Below are positions 1-12,339 of a stretch of DNA of 32,000 nucleotides, one piece after another. The translations under genes and the position numbers were made by a program. The first letter of the stretch is position 1, and the number at the start of each line of letters is the position of its first letter. The stretch is from Mycobacterium leprae TN (lineage in GTDB: Bacteria; Actinomycetota; Actinomycetes; Mycobacteriales; Mycobacteriaceae), in contig NC_002677.1 in assembly GCF_000195855.1 (NCBI RefSeq), positions 1,350,001 to 1,382,000 on the forward strand. Direction: 5' to 3'. Under the pieces are notes generated by a model. The model saw only the letters and a program-made list of their open reading frames with translations. It did not search any database and was not told where the DNA came from.

Positions 1-1263
1 GCGATAGTGCGAGCGGCGGGCCAACACTTTCGTCTTCGGGATGGTCGAGGTGATTCGGGGCCCCGAAGATTGCTAGCGACGCTTCACTCTCGAATTTATT
101 GACCAGTCCATGCTGGCTAGGTCCAGGTAACTTCTTGGACGACGATCGCGAAAAACCTTTTGAGGCAAGGCAACTACATTGGCCGCAGGCCGGCTAGCCA
201 CCCACTGAGTGTAGCCGAATATCGATATGGTGCTCTTCTCCGCCTAGTTTCGGTCGCTCGCGTTCCATGGCGGCGACTTCGCGCCCTAATTATGTCGGCC
301 GAAAAGGTTCCTCACCGGTTCGAATTCACACAATCCATCGACTATACAATTCAACCTATGCTGTAGCTCACCGATTTCGATGCTGTCGAATCCCACCAGA
401 TTACCCTGCAAATCGCTGTGCTTAAATGCTATCGCAGTCAGCCAGACCAGGACATCACATCCGCAGAAAGCTGTAAGGTCAATGTTGCCGTTGACACGGC
501 TCACACGTTCGTCACGCACTGTACCCGGGTCAGACTACGCTGCAATATTGCGAAGATCCGTTAGCAGGGCGATGCCGATGACTGGCACGAATCGATTAGC
601 CACACTGTCATGGGCCGGACATGATTCCCATCCTTAATCGCTGTGGCGGCAGTCCGGTCTTGAGTGCCTGAGCCCCCACTGGGTGCAGCGTTCACTTGGT
701 GAATAGGTAATTGCCTGTGCTGACCAATACGCAGCAAAAGCTTACTGCGAACAGGAAGCTCAGGATGAACAACATGGTGTTCACCAGAGCCATAGAGTAT
801 CGTGAACAGAGCTGAGCCTACCCAGCCACAGGAGGAAGTCGACTATCCCGACTCGCCATGGTATCCGGAACGTGTTCCACGCGTCGTTGCGGATGGGTTT
901 GCGCTCCATTGATCACCCAGTGGGGGCCAGCACGGTGCCTCCTCGGCAACGATAATGTATGCGCCCAATGCCAAGGTAGCCACAGCACACTTATCTTATC
1001 ACGAACGTGACCCACATCGGGGCGTACGTCAACACATGTGATGCCGGTATGATAACCGTTACCAAGAACACGGTAATACCGATCCCGATCAGGTTCACGG
1101 TTACCATCTGGACAGCCAAGATGATCTGGAAGCGTATCCGTCGACGTCCCGGGTTTTCCGACACCCGGACAAACCTCCAGGAGTCATAAGCAGGGATTTC
1201 TTCCAACTGGCCACTCTGATGAGTTACCGTGCGTGAGCACCCGACCCAACCGTTGCGGCCCAT
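1..1263 (-). pseudogene. Decayed membrane-bound adenylate cyclase (Rv1318c/Rv1319c/Rv1320c family); continues past the left edge
   Basis: Minus fragments in several frames line up with the family: N-terminal TM part 'YDSWRFVRVSENPGRRRIRFQIILAVQMVTVNLIGIGITVFLVTVIIP' (1263..991) and a HAMP-like part 'VGFDSIEIGELQHRLNCIVDGLCEFEPVRNLFGRHN' (519..286). Frameshifts and stops lie between them. Located directly upstream of nucS. Confidence 0.8.
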
Positions 1264-1340
1264 GTTTTTTCGTGGGGTTCTAGTGGGGGTCTAGGGGTAA
1301 ACTTGGTGGTGACAGCCTAATTTGTCGGCCACACTCTAAG

Positions 1341-2021
1341 GTGAGTTGGGTGCGTCTAGTGATTGCCCAGTGCACCGTAGACTACCTTGGCCGGCTCACC
1401 GCTCACCTGCCGTCCGCGCGCAGGTTGTTGCTGTTTAAGGCAGACGGATCGGTCAGTGTGCACGCCGACGACCGCGCCTACAAACCGTTGAACTGGATGA
1501 GTCCGCCATGTTGGTTGACCGAAGACGTCGCTGGCGCCTCGCCGGCCTGGGTGGTCGAGAACAAGGCTGGCGAACAACTGCGGATCACCGTTGAAGAGGT
1601 AGAGCACGATTCCTGTCACGATTTGGGCGTGGACCCCGGGCTGGTCAAAGACGGCGTCGAAGCCCACCTACAAACTTTGCTCGCTGAGCAAGTCCAACTG
1701 CTGGGCGAGGGATATACGTTGGTCCGCTGTGAGTACATGACCGCGATCGGCCCTGTCGACCTGTTATGCCGCGATGAGCAGGGTGGTTCGGTCGCGGTGG
1801 AAATCAAACGGCGTGGCGAAATCGACGGCGTTGAGCAGCTCACCCGCTATCTAGCGTTACTTAATCGGAACAGTGTTCTCGCGCCGGTAAGGGGGGTGTT
1901 CGCCGCTCAACACATCAAGCCGCAGGCGCGCACTTTGGCCACCGACCGTGGCATCCGTTGTGTAACATTGGATTACGACAAGATGCGGGGCATGGACAGC
2001 GATGAGTACCGGTTGTTCTAA
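1341..2021 (+). CDS. nucS: Endonuclease NucS (mismatch-specific, Rv1321 orthologue)
   Basis: Full ORF '[56 protein letters not shown]...[18 protein letters not shown]...[12 protein letters not shown]'; nuclease motif ([18 protein letters not shown]) present. GTG start. Confidence 0.96.
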   Translation: MSWVRLVIAQCTVDYLGRLTAHLPSARRLLLFKADGSVSVHADDRAYKPLNWMSPPCWLTEDVAGASPAWVVENKAGEQLRITVEEVEHDSCHDLGVDPGLVKDGVEAHLQTLLAEQVQLLGEGYTLVRCEYMTAIGPVDLLCRDEQGGSVAVEIKRRGEIDGVEQLTRYLALLNRNSVLAPVRGVFAAQHIKPQARTLATDRGIRCVTLDYDKMRGMDSDEYRLF

Positions 2022-2352
2022 AATCTCCCGATTAGACTGACGCCATGGCTAGGCACCGCACATCGCCGCATGGGCAGCAGCCAATATCGCTATTACCGTT
2101 TCTATTCCGGGTGGAAACAGGGCTTGACGGTTGTGAGTGCGAAATGCGTCCGATCGTTGCAGCCCGAGCCGGAAAACCTATCGTTATTCTGGATGTGATC
2201 ACGAAATCCATGTTGATACTGCGCATTTAGTGGCATGGCCGGCTGATTCACGGCAAGCCGGCATCGACGATCGGCGACATTGGTACACCCAGTGTTGGGC
2301 TCACCGCGCTACCCGTGGTCCGATCCGGAATATAGTTTTGAGTGTCTAAGCA

Positions 2353-2820
2353 TCAGGAAGCCGGCTCGACCAACTCGATCAGAACGCCGCCAGCATCTTT
2401 CGGGTGGATGAAGTTGATTCGCGCGTTCGACGTACCCTGCCTGGGTGTATCGTAGACCAGCCGGACTCCCTGTGCGCGGAGTCGTTTGGTAAGGCGGTCG
2501 AGATCGCTGACCCGGCAAGCCAGCTGCTGGATGCCTGGTCCGTGTTTATCCAAGAATTTCGCGATCGGCGATGACTCGTTGATCGGGGCCATCAATTGAA
2601 TCTGGGTTGTGCCGATTGGTGCGCCGTGTGCCGATAGCATGGCCTCACGGATCCCCTGGTCGTCGTTAACTTCCTCGTGGACTAGGATCATGCCCAGGTG
2701 GTCATGATACCAGGAGATGGCCGCATTCAGGTCGGCTACCGCGATGCCGACGTGATCGATCGTTATCACCAGAGTGGTGGCCAGCAGCTGACAAGTGTTG
2801 ATTTGATCGGTCGTCATCAC
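2353..2820 (-). CDS. mce: Methylmalonyl-CoA epimerase / VOC (glyoxalase) family protein (Rv1322A-like)
   Basis: 155 aa ORF with 'IDHVGIAVADLNAAISWYHDHLGMILVHEE...GPGIQQLACRVSDL...RINFIHPKDAGGVLIELVEP', a typical VOC/epimerase pattern. Confidence 0.9.
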   Translation of the reverse strand: MMTTDQINTCQLLATTLVITIDHVGIAVADLNAAISWYHDHLGMILVHEEVNDDQGIREAMLSAHGAPIGTTQIQLMAPINESSPIAKFLDKHGPGIQQLACRVSDLDRLTKRLRAQGVRLVYDTPRQGTSNARINFIHPKDAGGVLIELVEPAS

Positions 2821-2911
2821 ACAACGGTAGCCTGACGGGAAAGAGCACGTTTCTCCAGCAGGTTCGAATCGGCCTGCAAAGAGGACCCGAGAGCAGGGCT
2901 AGGGGGTAGTC

Positions 2912-4093
2912 ATGACGACATCGGTGATCGTTACTGGAGCACGGACACCCATTGGTAAGTTGATGGGGTCTTTGAAGGACTTTTCGGCTAGCGATTTGGG
3001 CGCGATCACCATTGCCGCTGCGCTGAAGAAAGCCAATGTAGCACCTTCCATTGTGCAGTACGTGATTATAGGCCAGGTGTTGACCGCGGGGGCCGGTCAG
3101 ATGCCGGCGCGGCAGGCGGCAGTAGCGGCCGGCATCGGTTGGGATGTGCCGGCGCTGACGATTAACAAGATGTGTCTGTCTGGTCTTGACGCCATCGCAC
3201 TCGCTGACCAGCTCATTCGCGCCGGAGAATTCGATGTGGTGGTGGCTGGCGGCCAAGAGTCCATGACGAAGGCACCACATCTGCTGATGGATAGCCGGTC
3301 GGGTTACAAGTACGGTGACGTTACCATTGTGGACCATTTAGCCTATGACGGCCTGCACGATGTGTTCACCAATCAGCCGATGGGCGCGCTTACCGAACAG
3401 CGCAATGATGTCGAAAAATTCACGCGCCAAGAACAGGACGAGTTTGCTGCCCGGTCGCACCAAAAGGCGGCAGCGGCATGGAAGGACGGCGTCTTCGCCG
3501 ACGAAGTGGTGCCGGTGAGTATTCCGCAGAGCAAAGGTGATTCGCTGCAGTTCACTGAGGATGAGGGGATTCGCGCCAACACCAGTGCCGAGTCTTTGGC
3601 CGGTCTGAAGCCGGCGTTTCGCTGCGGCGGCACTATTACTCCAGGCTCTGCGTCGCAGATCTCCGATGGTGCAGCCACTGTCGTGGTGATGAACAAGGAA
3701 AAGGCGCAGCAGCTGGGGTTGACTTGGCTGGTCGAGATCGGTGCCCACGGCGTTGTAGCCGGCCCAGATTCTACGTTGCAATCCCAGCCGGCCAACGCAA
3801 TCAAGAAGGCGGTTGACCGTGAAGGTATCTCCGTCGAGCAGCTCGATGTCGTAGAGATTAACGAGGCGTTCGCGGCGGTGGCGCTGGCCTCAGCCCGTGA
3901 ACTTGGTATCGCCCCCGAGCTTGTCAACGTCAACGGCGGAGCGATCGCTGTCGGTCACCCCCTCGGGATGTCGGGAGCCAGAATAACGTTGCATGTCGCG
4001 CTAGAATTGGCGCGTCGCGGTTCGGGTTATGGTGTTGCGGCTCTGTGCGGTGCCGGTGGCCAGGGTGATGCGCTGATTCTGCGGGCCGTTTAG
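2912..4093 (+). CDS. fadA4: Acetyl-CoA acetyltransferase (thiolase), FadA4 type
   Basis: 393 aa ORF with thiolase signatures: '[14 protein letters not shown]' (active Cys), '[19 protein letters not shown]', '[20 protein letters not shown]'. Confidence 0.96.
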   Translation: MTTSVIVTGARTPIGKLMGSLKDFSASDLGAITIAAALKKANVAPSIVQYVIIGQVLTAGAGQMPARQAAVAAGIGWDVPALTINKMCLSGLDAIALADQLIRAGEFDVVVAGGQESMTKAPHLLMDSRSGYKYGDVTIVDHLAYDGLHDVFTNQPMGALTEQRNDVEKFTRQEQDEFAARSHQKAAAAWKDGVFADEVVPVSIPQSKGDSLQFTEDEGIRANTSAESLAGLKPAFRCGGTITPGSASQISDGAATVVVMNKEKAQQLGLTWLVEIGAHGVVAGPDSTLQSQPANAIKKAVDREGISVEQLDVVEINEAFAAVALASARELGIAPELVNVNGGAIAVGHPLGMSGARITLHVALELARRGSGYGVAALCGAGGQGDALILRAV

Positions 4094-4207
4094 TTCTGAC
4101 CTGCGACGCGTCCGGGGTAATATGATTTACGTCACAAAAATGGTTTGCGGCGCCCGAATTCAATTTTCGAACCGGTTTTGCGACTACGTAAGCATGGGCG
4201 CCAGTGA

Positions 4208-5185
4208 GTGTATCGGTACCCGATGCGACGTGACAGACTTGACAACGTGACGTCTCCGCGATCCCCCATCAGGCCTGCCATGGCCGGTGCGGTCGACCTT
4301 TCCGGTCTGAAGCAGCGAGCTCGGCAGAAAGCTTCAACAAGTGACCCCGCCAGTCGAGCAACATTGGGAGCGCGTGGCACCGGTAGCTCCGAAAACACCT
4401 CGGTCATTGAGATCACCGAGGCCAATTTCGAAGATGAAGTACTGGTCCGGTCCCACGAAGTACCGATCCTGGTGCTGGTATGGTCACCGCGCAGTGATGC
4501 GTGTGTAAAGCTGCTTGAAACACTATCCGGCTTGGCGGTCGCCGACAGCGGCACCTGGTTGTTGGCGACGGTCAACGTCGACGCGGTGCCCAGGGTGGCG
4601 CAGATCTTTGGTGTTGATGCGGTTCCGACCGTGGTCGCGCTGGCTGCTGGGCAGCCGTTGTCCAGCTTTCAGGGCATGCAGTCCGTCGATCAGTTACGCC
4701 GCTGGCTGGATTCGTTGCTATCGGTGACAGCCGGTAAACTGAGAGGCCCAACTCGTTCTGAGGATTCTGCAGAAATTGATCCTGCGATTGCCCAAGCTCG
4801 CCAGCAATTGGAAGCCGGTGACTTCCTCACTGCGAAGCAGTCATATCACGCGATTTTGGATGCCGATCCGGCCAGTGTCGAAGCTAAGGCCGCGATCCGG
4901 CAGATCGACTTCCTTACGCGCGCAACTGCGCAACATCCCGACGCGGTTGCGGTAGCCGATGCTGCGCCGGGTGACATTGCGGCGGCGTTCGCGGCTGCTG
5001 ACGTGCAAATCCTCAACCAAGATGTGACCGCGGCGTTCGAGCGCCTGATTGTTTTGGTGCGCAGCACATCTGGAGATGAGCGCAGTTCGGTACGTACTCG
5101 GCTGATCGAGCTGTTTGAACTCTTCGATCCCGACGATCCCAATGTCATCGTCGGTCGACGCAACCTTGCCAACGCATTGTACTGA
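4208..5185 (+). CDS. Thioredoxin-fold protein with C-terminal TPR-like region (Rv1324-like)
   Basis: 325 aa ORF. Trx-like 'EANFEDEVLVRSHEVPILVLVWSPRSDACVKLLETLSGLA...VDAVPTVVALAAGQPLSSFQG'; C-terminal 'AIAQARQQLEAGDFLTAKQSYHAILDADPASVEAKAAIRQID'. The start may lie downstream of 4208. Confidence 0.88.
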   Translation: MYRYPMRRDRLDNVTSPRSPIRPAMAGAVDLSGLKQRARQKASTSDPASRATLGARGTGSSENTSVIEITEANFEDEVLVRSHEVPILVLVWSPRSDACVKLLETLSGLAVADSGTWLLATVNVDAVPRVAQIFGVDAVPTVVALAAGQPLSSFQGMQSVDQLRRWLDSLLSVTAGKLRGPTRSEDSAEIDPAIAQARQQLEAGDFLTAKQSYHAILDADPASVEAKAAIRQIDFLTRATAQHPDAVAVADAAPGDIAAAFAAADVQILNQDVTAAFERLIVLVRSTSGDERSSVRTRLIELFELFDPDDPNVIVGRRNLANALY

Positions 5186-5234
5186 GTCCTTCTTGGCTCT
5201 TGCGCTACTAGGGTTTTGCGTTATTGAATTCTAA

Positions 5235-7418
5235 CTACGATGCCGACATCAGCGGCAGCACCAACACCGCCGATTCCGGGCAGCCTTGCCACGGGTCATT
5301 GGTGGCGTTGACGCCACCAATATTGCCGACCTCGGAGCCGTTGTAGGCGATAGTATCGGTGTTCAACACTTCGCGCCAGCGTCCGGCCGACGGCAGGACG
5401 AGTCGGTAGCCTTTGTGTTTTGAGCCAGGGAAATTGGACACACAGGCCAGTACCGAGCTGTCGTGGGCATATCGCAGGAAACTCAGTAAGTTGTTGACGG
5501 ACTCGTTGGCGTCGATCCAGGAATAACCCTTGGTGAGGGTGTCTTGAATCCACACACAGCCCCGGGTGGCTGAGGTAGAGGTCGTTGAGGTCGTCCACGA
5601 GGAGCAAGACTCCCTTTGGAGAAACCGTTTTTGTCGAATGGGAACCAATCTAGACCGCGCTGCTCCGGACTATTCGGCGTGCTGGCCGAATTCTTGGCCC
5701 ATGAACAACAGTTGCTTGCCTGGGTGTGCCCACTGGTAGGCGAGTAGGTTGTGTAGTCCGGAGGCCTTGGTGTGGTTGTTGCCCGACGTCCGTCTCCGCA
5801 GCGCACCCTTGCTGTGTACCATCTCGTCGTGGCTGAGCGGCAGCAAGTAATTCTCGCTGAATGCGTACAGCATGGAGAACGTTATTTCGTTGTGTTGGTA
5901 GCTGCGATGCACTGGGTAGCGGCTGATGTAGTCGAGTGTGTCGTGTATCCAACCCCATGTTCTACTTCATCGAAAAGCCCAGTACGACAATGTTGATAAG
6001 TCGCTTCACGCCGAGTCACGGAGTCGACTCCATCGGCGATGGTGACAATGCCTGGCGCGGATTTGTGTGCTGTGGTGCTCATCTCCTGCAGAAACTGTAC
6101 CGCTTCCAAATTCTCCTGCCCGCTGTGGATATTCGGGGTCCAGTTGCCCTCGGGACGTGAGTAGTCCGGGTACAACATTGACGCGACCGCATCCACCCGC
6201 AATCCTTCGATGTGAAGCTCTTTGAGCCAGTACAGTGCATTGGCCATCAAGAAGTTGCGCATATAAAATATGTAAGTGTCCCAGTCTAGTTGCTCATCGC
6301 GCATAGGATCGTCCTGTTCATAGAAGGGTGTCCTATCAAACCGCCCCAGATCCTATGCGTCCTTTGGAAAGTTTTCCGGCACCTAATCCACGCTGACACC
6401 GATGCCGGATTGATGCAGCTCGTCGATAAGCGTACGGAACGCGTCGGGAGTGCCAAATTGTGATGTCGGCGCGTAGTACGACGTGACTTGGTATTTTCAC
6501 GTTCCAGTGAACGGATTTTCCGCAACCGGAGGCATCTCAACGTGGGTAAATCTTTGCGCCACAACATAGTCTGGAAGCTTGCGGGCGATCTGACGGTAAC
6601 TGAGTCCGGGACGCCACGAGCCGAGATGGACTTCGTAGGTGCCTATAGGATCAAACACCGGGTTGCGCTGAGTACGGTGTGCCATCCATTCGTCTTCACT
6701 CCAAGTGAAGTTATTCTACGTGATCTGTGATGCCGTCTGCGGCGGTGCTTCGGTACCGAAGGCGAACGGGTCGGCCCTATCCAGTGATGACACTGTCGGC
6801 GCAGTTCACCCGGAATCTGTACAGACCATCGGCGGGGAAGCCGGTCCAGAATAATTCCCATACTTCCGACGGGCCCAGCGCTCGCATCGGGGCACCGTTG
6901 TCATTCCAGCTGTTGAATTCGCCGATCAAGCTGATGCCTTTAGCGTTAGGTGTCCACATGGAGAACGACACCCCGTCCACCGCGCTGTCGGCCGTGGTGA
7001 ACGAGCGTCGATGGACACCAAGAACTTCCCAGAGCAGCTCGTGTCGGCCCTCGGCAAACAGATGAAGACCAACTTCGCTCAGGGGGAAAAAGCGGTAAGC
7101 ATCGGCGACAGTGTGCACATTCGGTGTCTGTTCGGGACCCGTATAGCTCACCCGCAGGCGATAGTCGATGAGGTCGACGAACGGTATCGCCACAGAGAAC
7201 AAGCCGTATTCGAGGTTTTGCAACGGGAACCGGTTGTGACCCACCACCGCTACGACGTCAACTGCGTGCGGTCGAAACGCTCGGATGACAGTGTGGTCAC
7301 CGTATTAGTGAGCGCCCAAGGTGCTGTGCGGATTGTGGTGTGCGCCGGACAGCAGGCGTGTCACGTCGGCTGGCTCGGTTGCCAAGTGGCTCCCGGAGAG
7401 TTGGTCGGTTCGGCTCAT
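5235..7418 (-). pseudogene. glgB: 1,4-alpha-glucan branching enzyme GlgB, pseudogene (Rv1326c-like)
   Basis: Fragments in order on the minus strand in different frames: start 'MSRTDQ' (about 7418), '[22 protein letters not shown]...[21 protein letters not shown]' (7247..6777), '[12 protein letters not shown]' (6685..6497), '[42 protein letters not shown]' (6304..5882), '[18 protein letters not shown]...[18 protein letters not shown]' (5912..5670), C-term 5648..5235. Confidence 0.93.
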
Positions 7419-7499
7419 GCATTTGTTCCCTCGGATCTTTTCACCTCTTGCTTAGCAGCGTGATTCCTTATTCGTACTTTAGGAGTGGCATATTAATGA

Positions 7500-9558
7500 T
7501 GTGAGCGACTGCTTGACTTGGAGATCGATAAGAATATAATTCATCTTCTTCCACTGGTATTGCTGGCCATTTATCTCATCGAGCACCCAAAACCTTTCGT
7601 AGGGATCCATACTCAACTTAGCCATATCTAACCTAGCCATGTCTAACCACAGCGTAGCTTACTCGGGACCAAGTGCTTTGAGTGTCACCACCCACCAACA
7701 CGCAGTCTCCGGTAGCCGTATAGAATTTGCCGTATGCCAGCAATGCTTCGTTGTCCACATGATGGAAATGAATGGTGAGCAATTGCTGTAGTGTGGGATG
7801 GATTTTGCGAATTTTTTATCTACTTAATGAAATTCTCCAGCGATTTTCCTTCGACAAGCTCGCTAGCATAGTTGAGAGAGCGCAATTCTTATTTCTCTGA
7901 ATCCAGCTATTCTTCGTTACCCTCCCGCACCGGGCGCTGCTCGAACAACTCGTAACCGGAGTACACACCTCAAGTCGGACTCATGGTCACCGCCAGCACT
8001 ACGCGGATCGTGAACATGACTGGGCCATTATGGTGGAGCACTGCATGCAGGATGTCGCGGGTGTTGACGAACAGGTTCGGCCTGAGGTAGTCGGTGATTT
8101 CGTTGCCGAATTCGATGATTTCCCACTTGGCCGTACTCCAGGTGAAGTAGGTATAAGACTGCGTGAAGCCGAGCTTGGCCAGCCTGTATTGGCGTGCCGG
8201 AGACGTAAAAGCTTCGGATAAGAAGAGCACGTCGGGGTTGGTGATTGTGACCTTACAGATCAGCCAGGATCAGAAGTCGCGTGACTTGGTATGCGGATTG
8301 TTGACTCGAAACAGCTTGACGCCGTGATTGATCCACTATAACACTACACGAACCACTTCGTCATAGAGGCCGACAAGATCGTTCTCGAGGTTTAAGGGAG
8401 TAGATGTCCTGGTATTTCTTCGGATGATTTTCCGCATAAGCTATTGTGCTATAAGGTAATTCGGTGAAACAATAACGATGTTGGCGTATCTATGGATGAT
8501 CTGACGAACATTGTAGCGCCAGATCCAGGGGCCATTTCCATTCCTAGTTTACTTGCCGCGGAAACAAAGTCGTCGATAGTTTCCAGGCTTGGATGAATCA
8601 CATCACATGGCCATCCTCATCGCTACCCATCGCCCATGGAGATCCGACATCTGTCGGTGCGGCGGTGGAGTAATTGTTGCGACCCTTGCGATGTATCTTG
8701 TCGAGCGGATGGATCGGCAGCAGGTACACCACGTTGAATCCCATGTCGGCTATACGCGAAGTACCGCGGCTGGGGTGGCGAAGGTGCCGTGTACCGGGTT
8801 ACCGTCGGCGTCCCAGCAGCCGGTCGGGCGCGGAAACATTTCGTACCAGGAGCCAAAACGGGCCAACGGTCGATCCACCCAGACTCTGAACTGCTCGCCC
8901 CGGGTAACCAGATCTTGCAGCGGATAATTCGTCAAAAGTTCATCGATTTCGGGCGCCAGTGCCAGCGTGGTGCGGGTCACCGGATCTCTGGGGGCGTAAC
9001 CTCGTCGAGGCCGTCAGCAGCAGGCCACGCAGCGCGCGATACACCGGTTGCGGCATGCTCGAACAGCGCTGCTCCGGCCAAAAGATCGTTGGACAATTCT
9101 GTCTTCACCCTGGTCGGCATGCAACTTGACAATCAGCGCATGCCGCCAGGTGTGCATCGGATCGCCCCAGCTGCGTTGACTCGGAAGTTTCACAATCCGA
9201 CGCGGTCGGGGGGTGAACTGACCGTGAAAAACGTAGGGTTCTTGACACATCGTCATGTGAATCAGCAGCAACTCGACTCGTCGGACCTGGGTGTGGCTGC
9301 AGGACGTGCTTTGAGGTCCTGGACCACCTTGATTCGGTGAGTTTTCGTCGCGAGCAGACAGCGAACCCGAGGTTGCGGACAACCAGTGTGGGGCGGGACG
9401 GCTTCGTGGCCTTCTCTCCATACCGTGGCGCTGACCGGGACCATTTCGCCGACTACGGCTTTAGCAGGGTACATGCCGCAGGAGATGATCGGTGCGACGT
9501 TATGGATCTTGACCTGACCGGGCCACCACCACTCCTTCTGCTTCGCGGCTTGCCACAC
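7500..9558 (-). pseudogene. glgE: Alpha-1,4-glucan:maltose-1-phosphate maltosyltransferase GlgE, pseudogene (Rv1327c-like)
   Basis: Minus fragments: N-term '[46 protein letters not shown]' (9558..9262), 'EPYVFHGQFTP...WGDPMHTWRHALIVKL' (9421..9014), '[50 protein letters not shown]' (8980..8750), '[30 protein letters not shown]...[21 protein letters not shown]' (8230..7970). Low-end boundary approximate. Confidence 0.93.
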
Positions 9559-9718
9559 ACGAGGGTGACCCAGTGTACTTCGTGGCGGAATGCCCCCATT
9601 AGCTACCCGATATTCATCCTAGTTGCTAGTCACGCTCCTGCGGATGAACGGTTGCTAAGTAGCCATGCGTGCACCGGAATCCCTAAGTAATAAATCCTAA
9701 GTAAGGTGGTGGTGGAGT

Positions 9719-12297
9719 GTGAAAGCTCTTTATTATTTTACCATTTTTACCGTTCGTGCCCACCTATCGGACTGCCTCGCCGCGCTCGACTAGCTATTGA
9801 CCAACCTGCGGTGGTCGTAGGACAAGTCGACGCAAGATATATTCCGCGACCATCGTTTCGACGTTGTGTGGGCAATGACCCGGTGGCGCTATTGTGAAGT
9901 GGTGAGTCCGTCACGGCTCGACGAGATGGCACTCGACGAGGGGTTCCTGTGCCGACTCGATGAGCGGGCTGCCGACTTGAACGACTATAACTAAGCTGTT
10001 CGCGGTGGTATCAATAGCAGCAGGCTGATGTGATGATGCCCAACGCCATATACGTACTCCTCGATGGAGATCGGAGTCGCCGAGGCGTTACCCAAATTAC
10101 TCGGGCAGCTTCGGCATTCTGGCTGGCGGTCACCTGAAGGCCGCCTCCGATCTGGGGGTGCAGCTGATTGCGGTGGTTCTCTCCTACTGCTCCTGGCACT
10201 TCCGACAGTCGTGGACCGAGAACGGCTGGCAACACGAGACCTACCCGTCGCTGGATCCGCAAGGGCTCCCGTTTTGGCTACTCACCGCTGGCAACGGCGA
10301 TCCTGTGTTGGTTGGAGCTGACTTTGCCCGACGCTGCGTAGCTGCGGACCCGGATCTGGGGTCGCGCCGGTGGGTTGTGTTCCGTTGTGTTTGCTGGACT
10401 CCGACGTCCCTGAGAACGAGCACGATCTGCGGGACGTTACTGGACGACTCTATGGAGGTGATCATGAGCATCGCATCAAGCAACAAGAGGTCCTGGTCGG
10501 TATCGGCGGTGTGCGGGTGATCCGCGTGTGTACCTTCAGTGCGGGGCTGCCCGCGCCCGAGGATTCCACGGGAACGAGGGCCACGCCGGATCCCTCGTAA
10601 CCGAACACATCCGCGAATTGGTCCACCGATTCGGGATGGGATTTCGACACCGTGCTGGCTGTCGTGCAGTCCAGCACGGTATTCATCACGGACACCCCGG
10701 TGCATGCCGATATTGACCGGTTCCCGGTAGAGTCTGGGGTGCTGCTACTTCTCGGATGTGCTCGCACTGTTGCCGGGGTTCCTGTGGAGCGAAGCCTCGC
10801 ACTTGGCGCCGAGGGCAATCTGACCAAATTCAACATGGCACACATGGGTCTGCGGCTGGCGCAACGGGCCAACGGCATCTTGCTGCTGCATGGCCTGGTG
10901 AACTGGGTCATGTTCAGCCAGTTATGGTGCGGATTTGACCACGACGAGGTTGCCGATCGGGGCGATTACCAATGGCGTGCATGTGCGCACTTGGGTGGCG
11001 CCACAGTGGTTGCAGCTGGGATGCGAACTAGCTGGGTCGGATTCGTTCAGTCAGTGACCTCGGAGTCTGGCTGCGATTGCAACAGGTTGATTCGGGCCAT
11101 TTGTGGTGGATCCGCTCGCAACTGATTGATGACATCCGGGAGCGGCTTGAGTTGCTCCCGGTGGGAACGCGGTGCGTTGGACGTCGAATTGGGCTGGAGC
11201 AGGGCGGTGTTTGATCCGACTGTGCTGACTATTGTCTTCGTGCCGCCGCGTTCCCAAGTATAAGTGCCTTACCTTGATGTTGCGCGATCCGGATCGGCTG
11301 GAACGGCTGCTGCTCGAAGACAACAAGTGATCGTTGCCGAGAAGTCGCACCCCGCTGGTGACGGTGGCAAGGCATTGAATCCAACAGGTGGCGCGGTTTA
11401 CTGACCGTCCGCAGGTGTGCCACCGTATCGCCTTCCTGCCCGATTACAACATGTCGATAGACCGCAAATTGTAACTGGGGCTGTGATTTTGATTGAACAA
11501 TCCGCTGCGACCATTGTAGGTGTGCGGCACCTCGGGGATGAAGAGTGCTCTGAACGACGGATTGAATCTGTCCATACGCGATGGCTGGTTGGACGAATGG
11601 TGCGACGGAGAGATACCGTCTGCCAACAGCGTGGCGGACGAGGCTCGTCGAGGCGATCTGGAAGTTGGCGTGCTCTACGACCTCCTAGAACACGCGGTGG
11701 TACCGAAGTTCTATGAACGTGACGAACGCGGGGTTCTGTCACGGGGGATCGAAATGGTGCGACACACTCTGCAGACGTTTTGGGCCGAAAGTGTGGGCAT
11801 CCCGTATAGATGTGTGACTACGTCGAACACTGCTACGTGACTGCGGCGCAGTAGCTGCGCAGGACGGTTGCACCGCCCGAGAGCGGCGAGACGGTGGGTG
11901 AGGTATGGCCCGCAAGCTGGTTGTTTACTGTCAGCGCGTAGAAGAAGTATGGCCGATGATTGACATCACCTACGTCGACGGCACCGTCTTGCCCGATAAC
12001 CCGGTGCTTGGATCGAAGTTGACTCTGACTGCCACCGTGCAGCTGGCCGGCTTGGGGCCCGATGAGGTGACGGTGCAAGCGGTGCTTGGTAGGGTGGGAG
12101 GCAGTGATATGGTGATAGATCAGGTCAATATCGAAATGACCTACATCTATACCGCCGAGGGCGGCAACGAGATCTTTTCTACGACAACGCTGCTGCCTTT
12201 GCGCGGGGTGGGCGTTTCGGATACACGGTGCGAATCTTGCCTCGCCATCCGATGTTTGCGGCCAGTAACGAGCTGGGTCTGGCCATCCTACTTCTAG
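9719..12297 (+). pseudogene. glgP: Glycogen phosphorylase GlgP, pseudogene (Rv1328-like)
   Basis: Translating past stops and frameshifts: 'MKALYYFTIFTVRAHLSDCLAALD*' (from 9719), 'DGWQHETYPSLDPQGLPFWLLTAGNGDPVLVG' (about 10210), 'KFNMAHMGLRLAQRANGILLLHGLVNWVMFSQLWCGFDHDEV' (about 10820-10950), 'CGTSGMKSALNDGLNLSIRDGWLDEW..GEIPSANSVADEARRGDLEVGVLYDLLEHAVVPKFYERDERG' (11520..11760), C-term 'LTLTATVQLAGLGPDEVTVQAVLGRV...GGNEIFSTTTLLPL' (about 12020-12210). Confidence 0.92.
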
Positions 12298-12339
12298 TAG
12301 ATACGGCCCCCACCTACCTCATGACTCCCTGCGGATCCT

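Noticed and set aside
2045-2230. Plus ORF 'MARHRTSPHGQQPISLLPFLFRVETG...' as a gene (Rv1322 position)
   Set aside because: It is only 61 aa, has no recognisable family and has overlapping alternative ORFs. It may be a remnant, but there is not enough support.
3338-3933. Long minus-strand ORFs (147 and 186 aa) antisense to the thiolase gene
   Set aside because: They overlap a clearly conserved CDS, and their low-complexity Ser/Ala/Thr-rich composition is typical of antisense reading in GC-rich genes.
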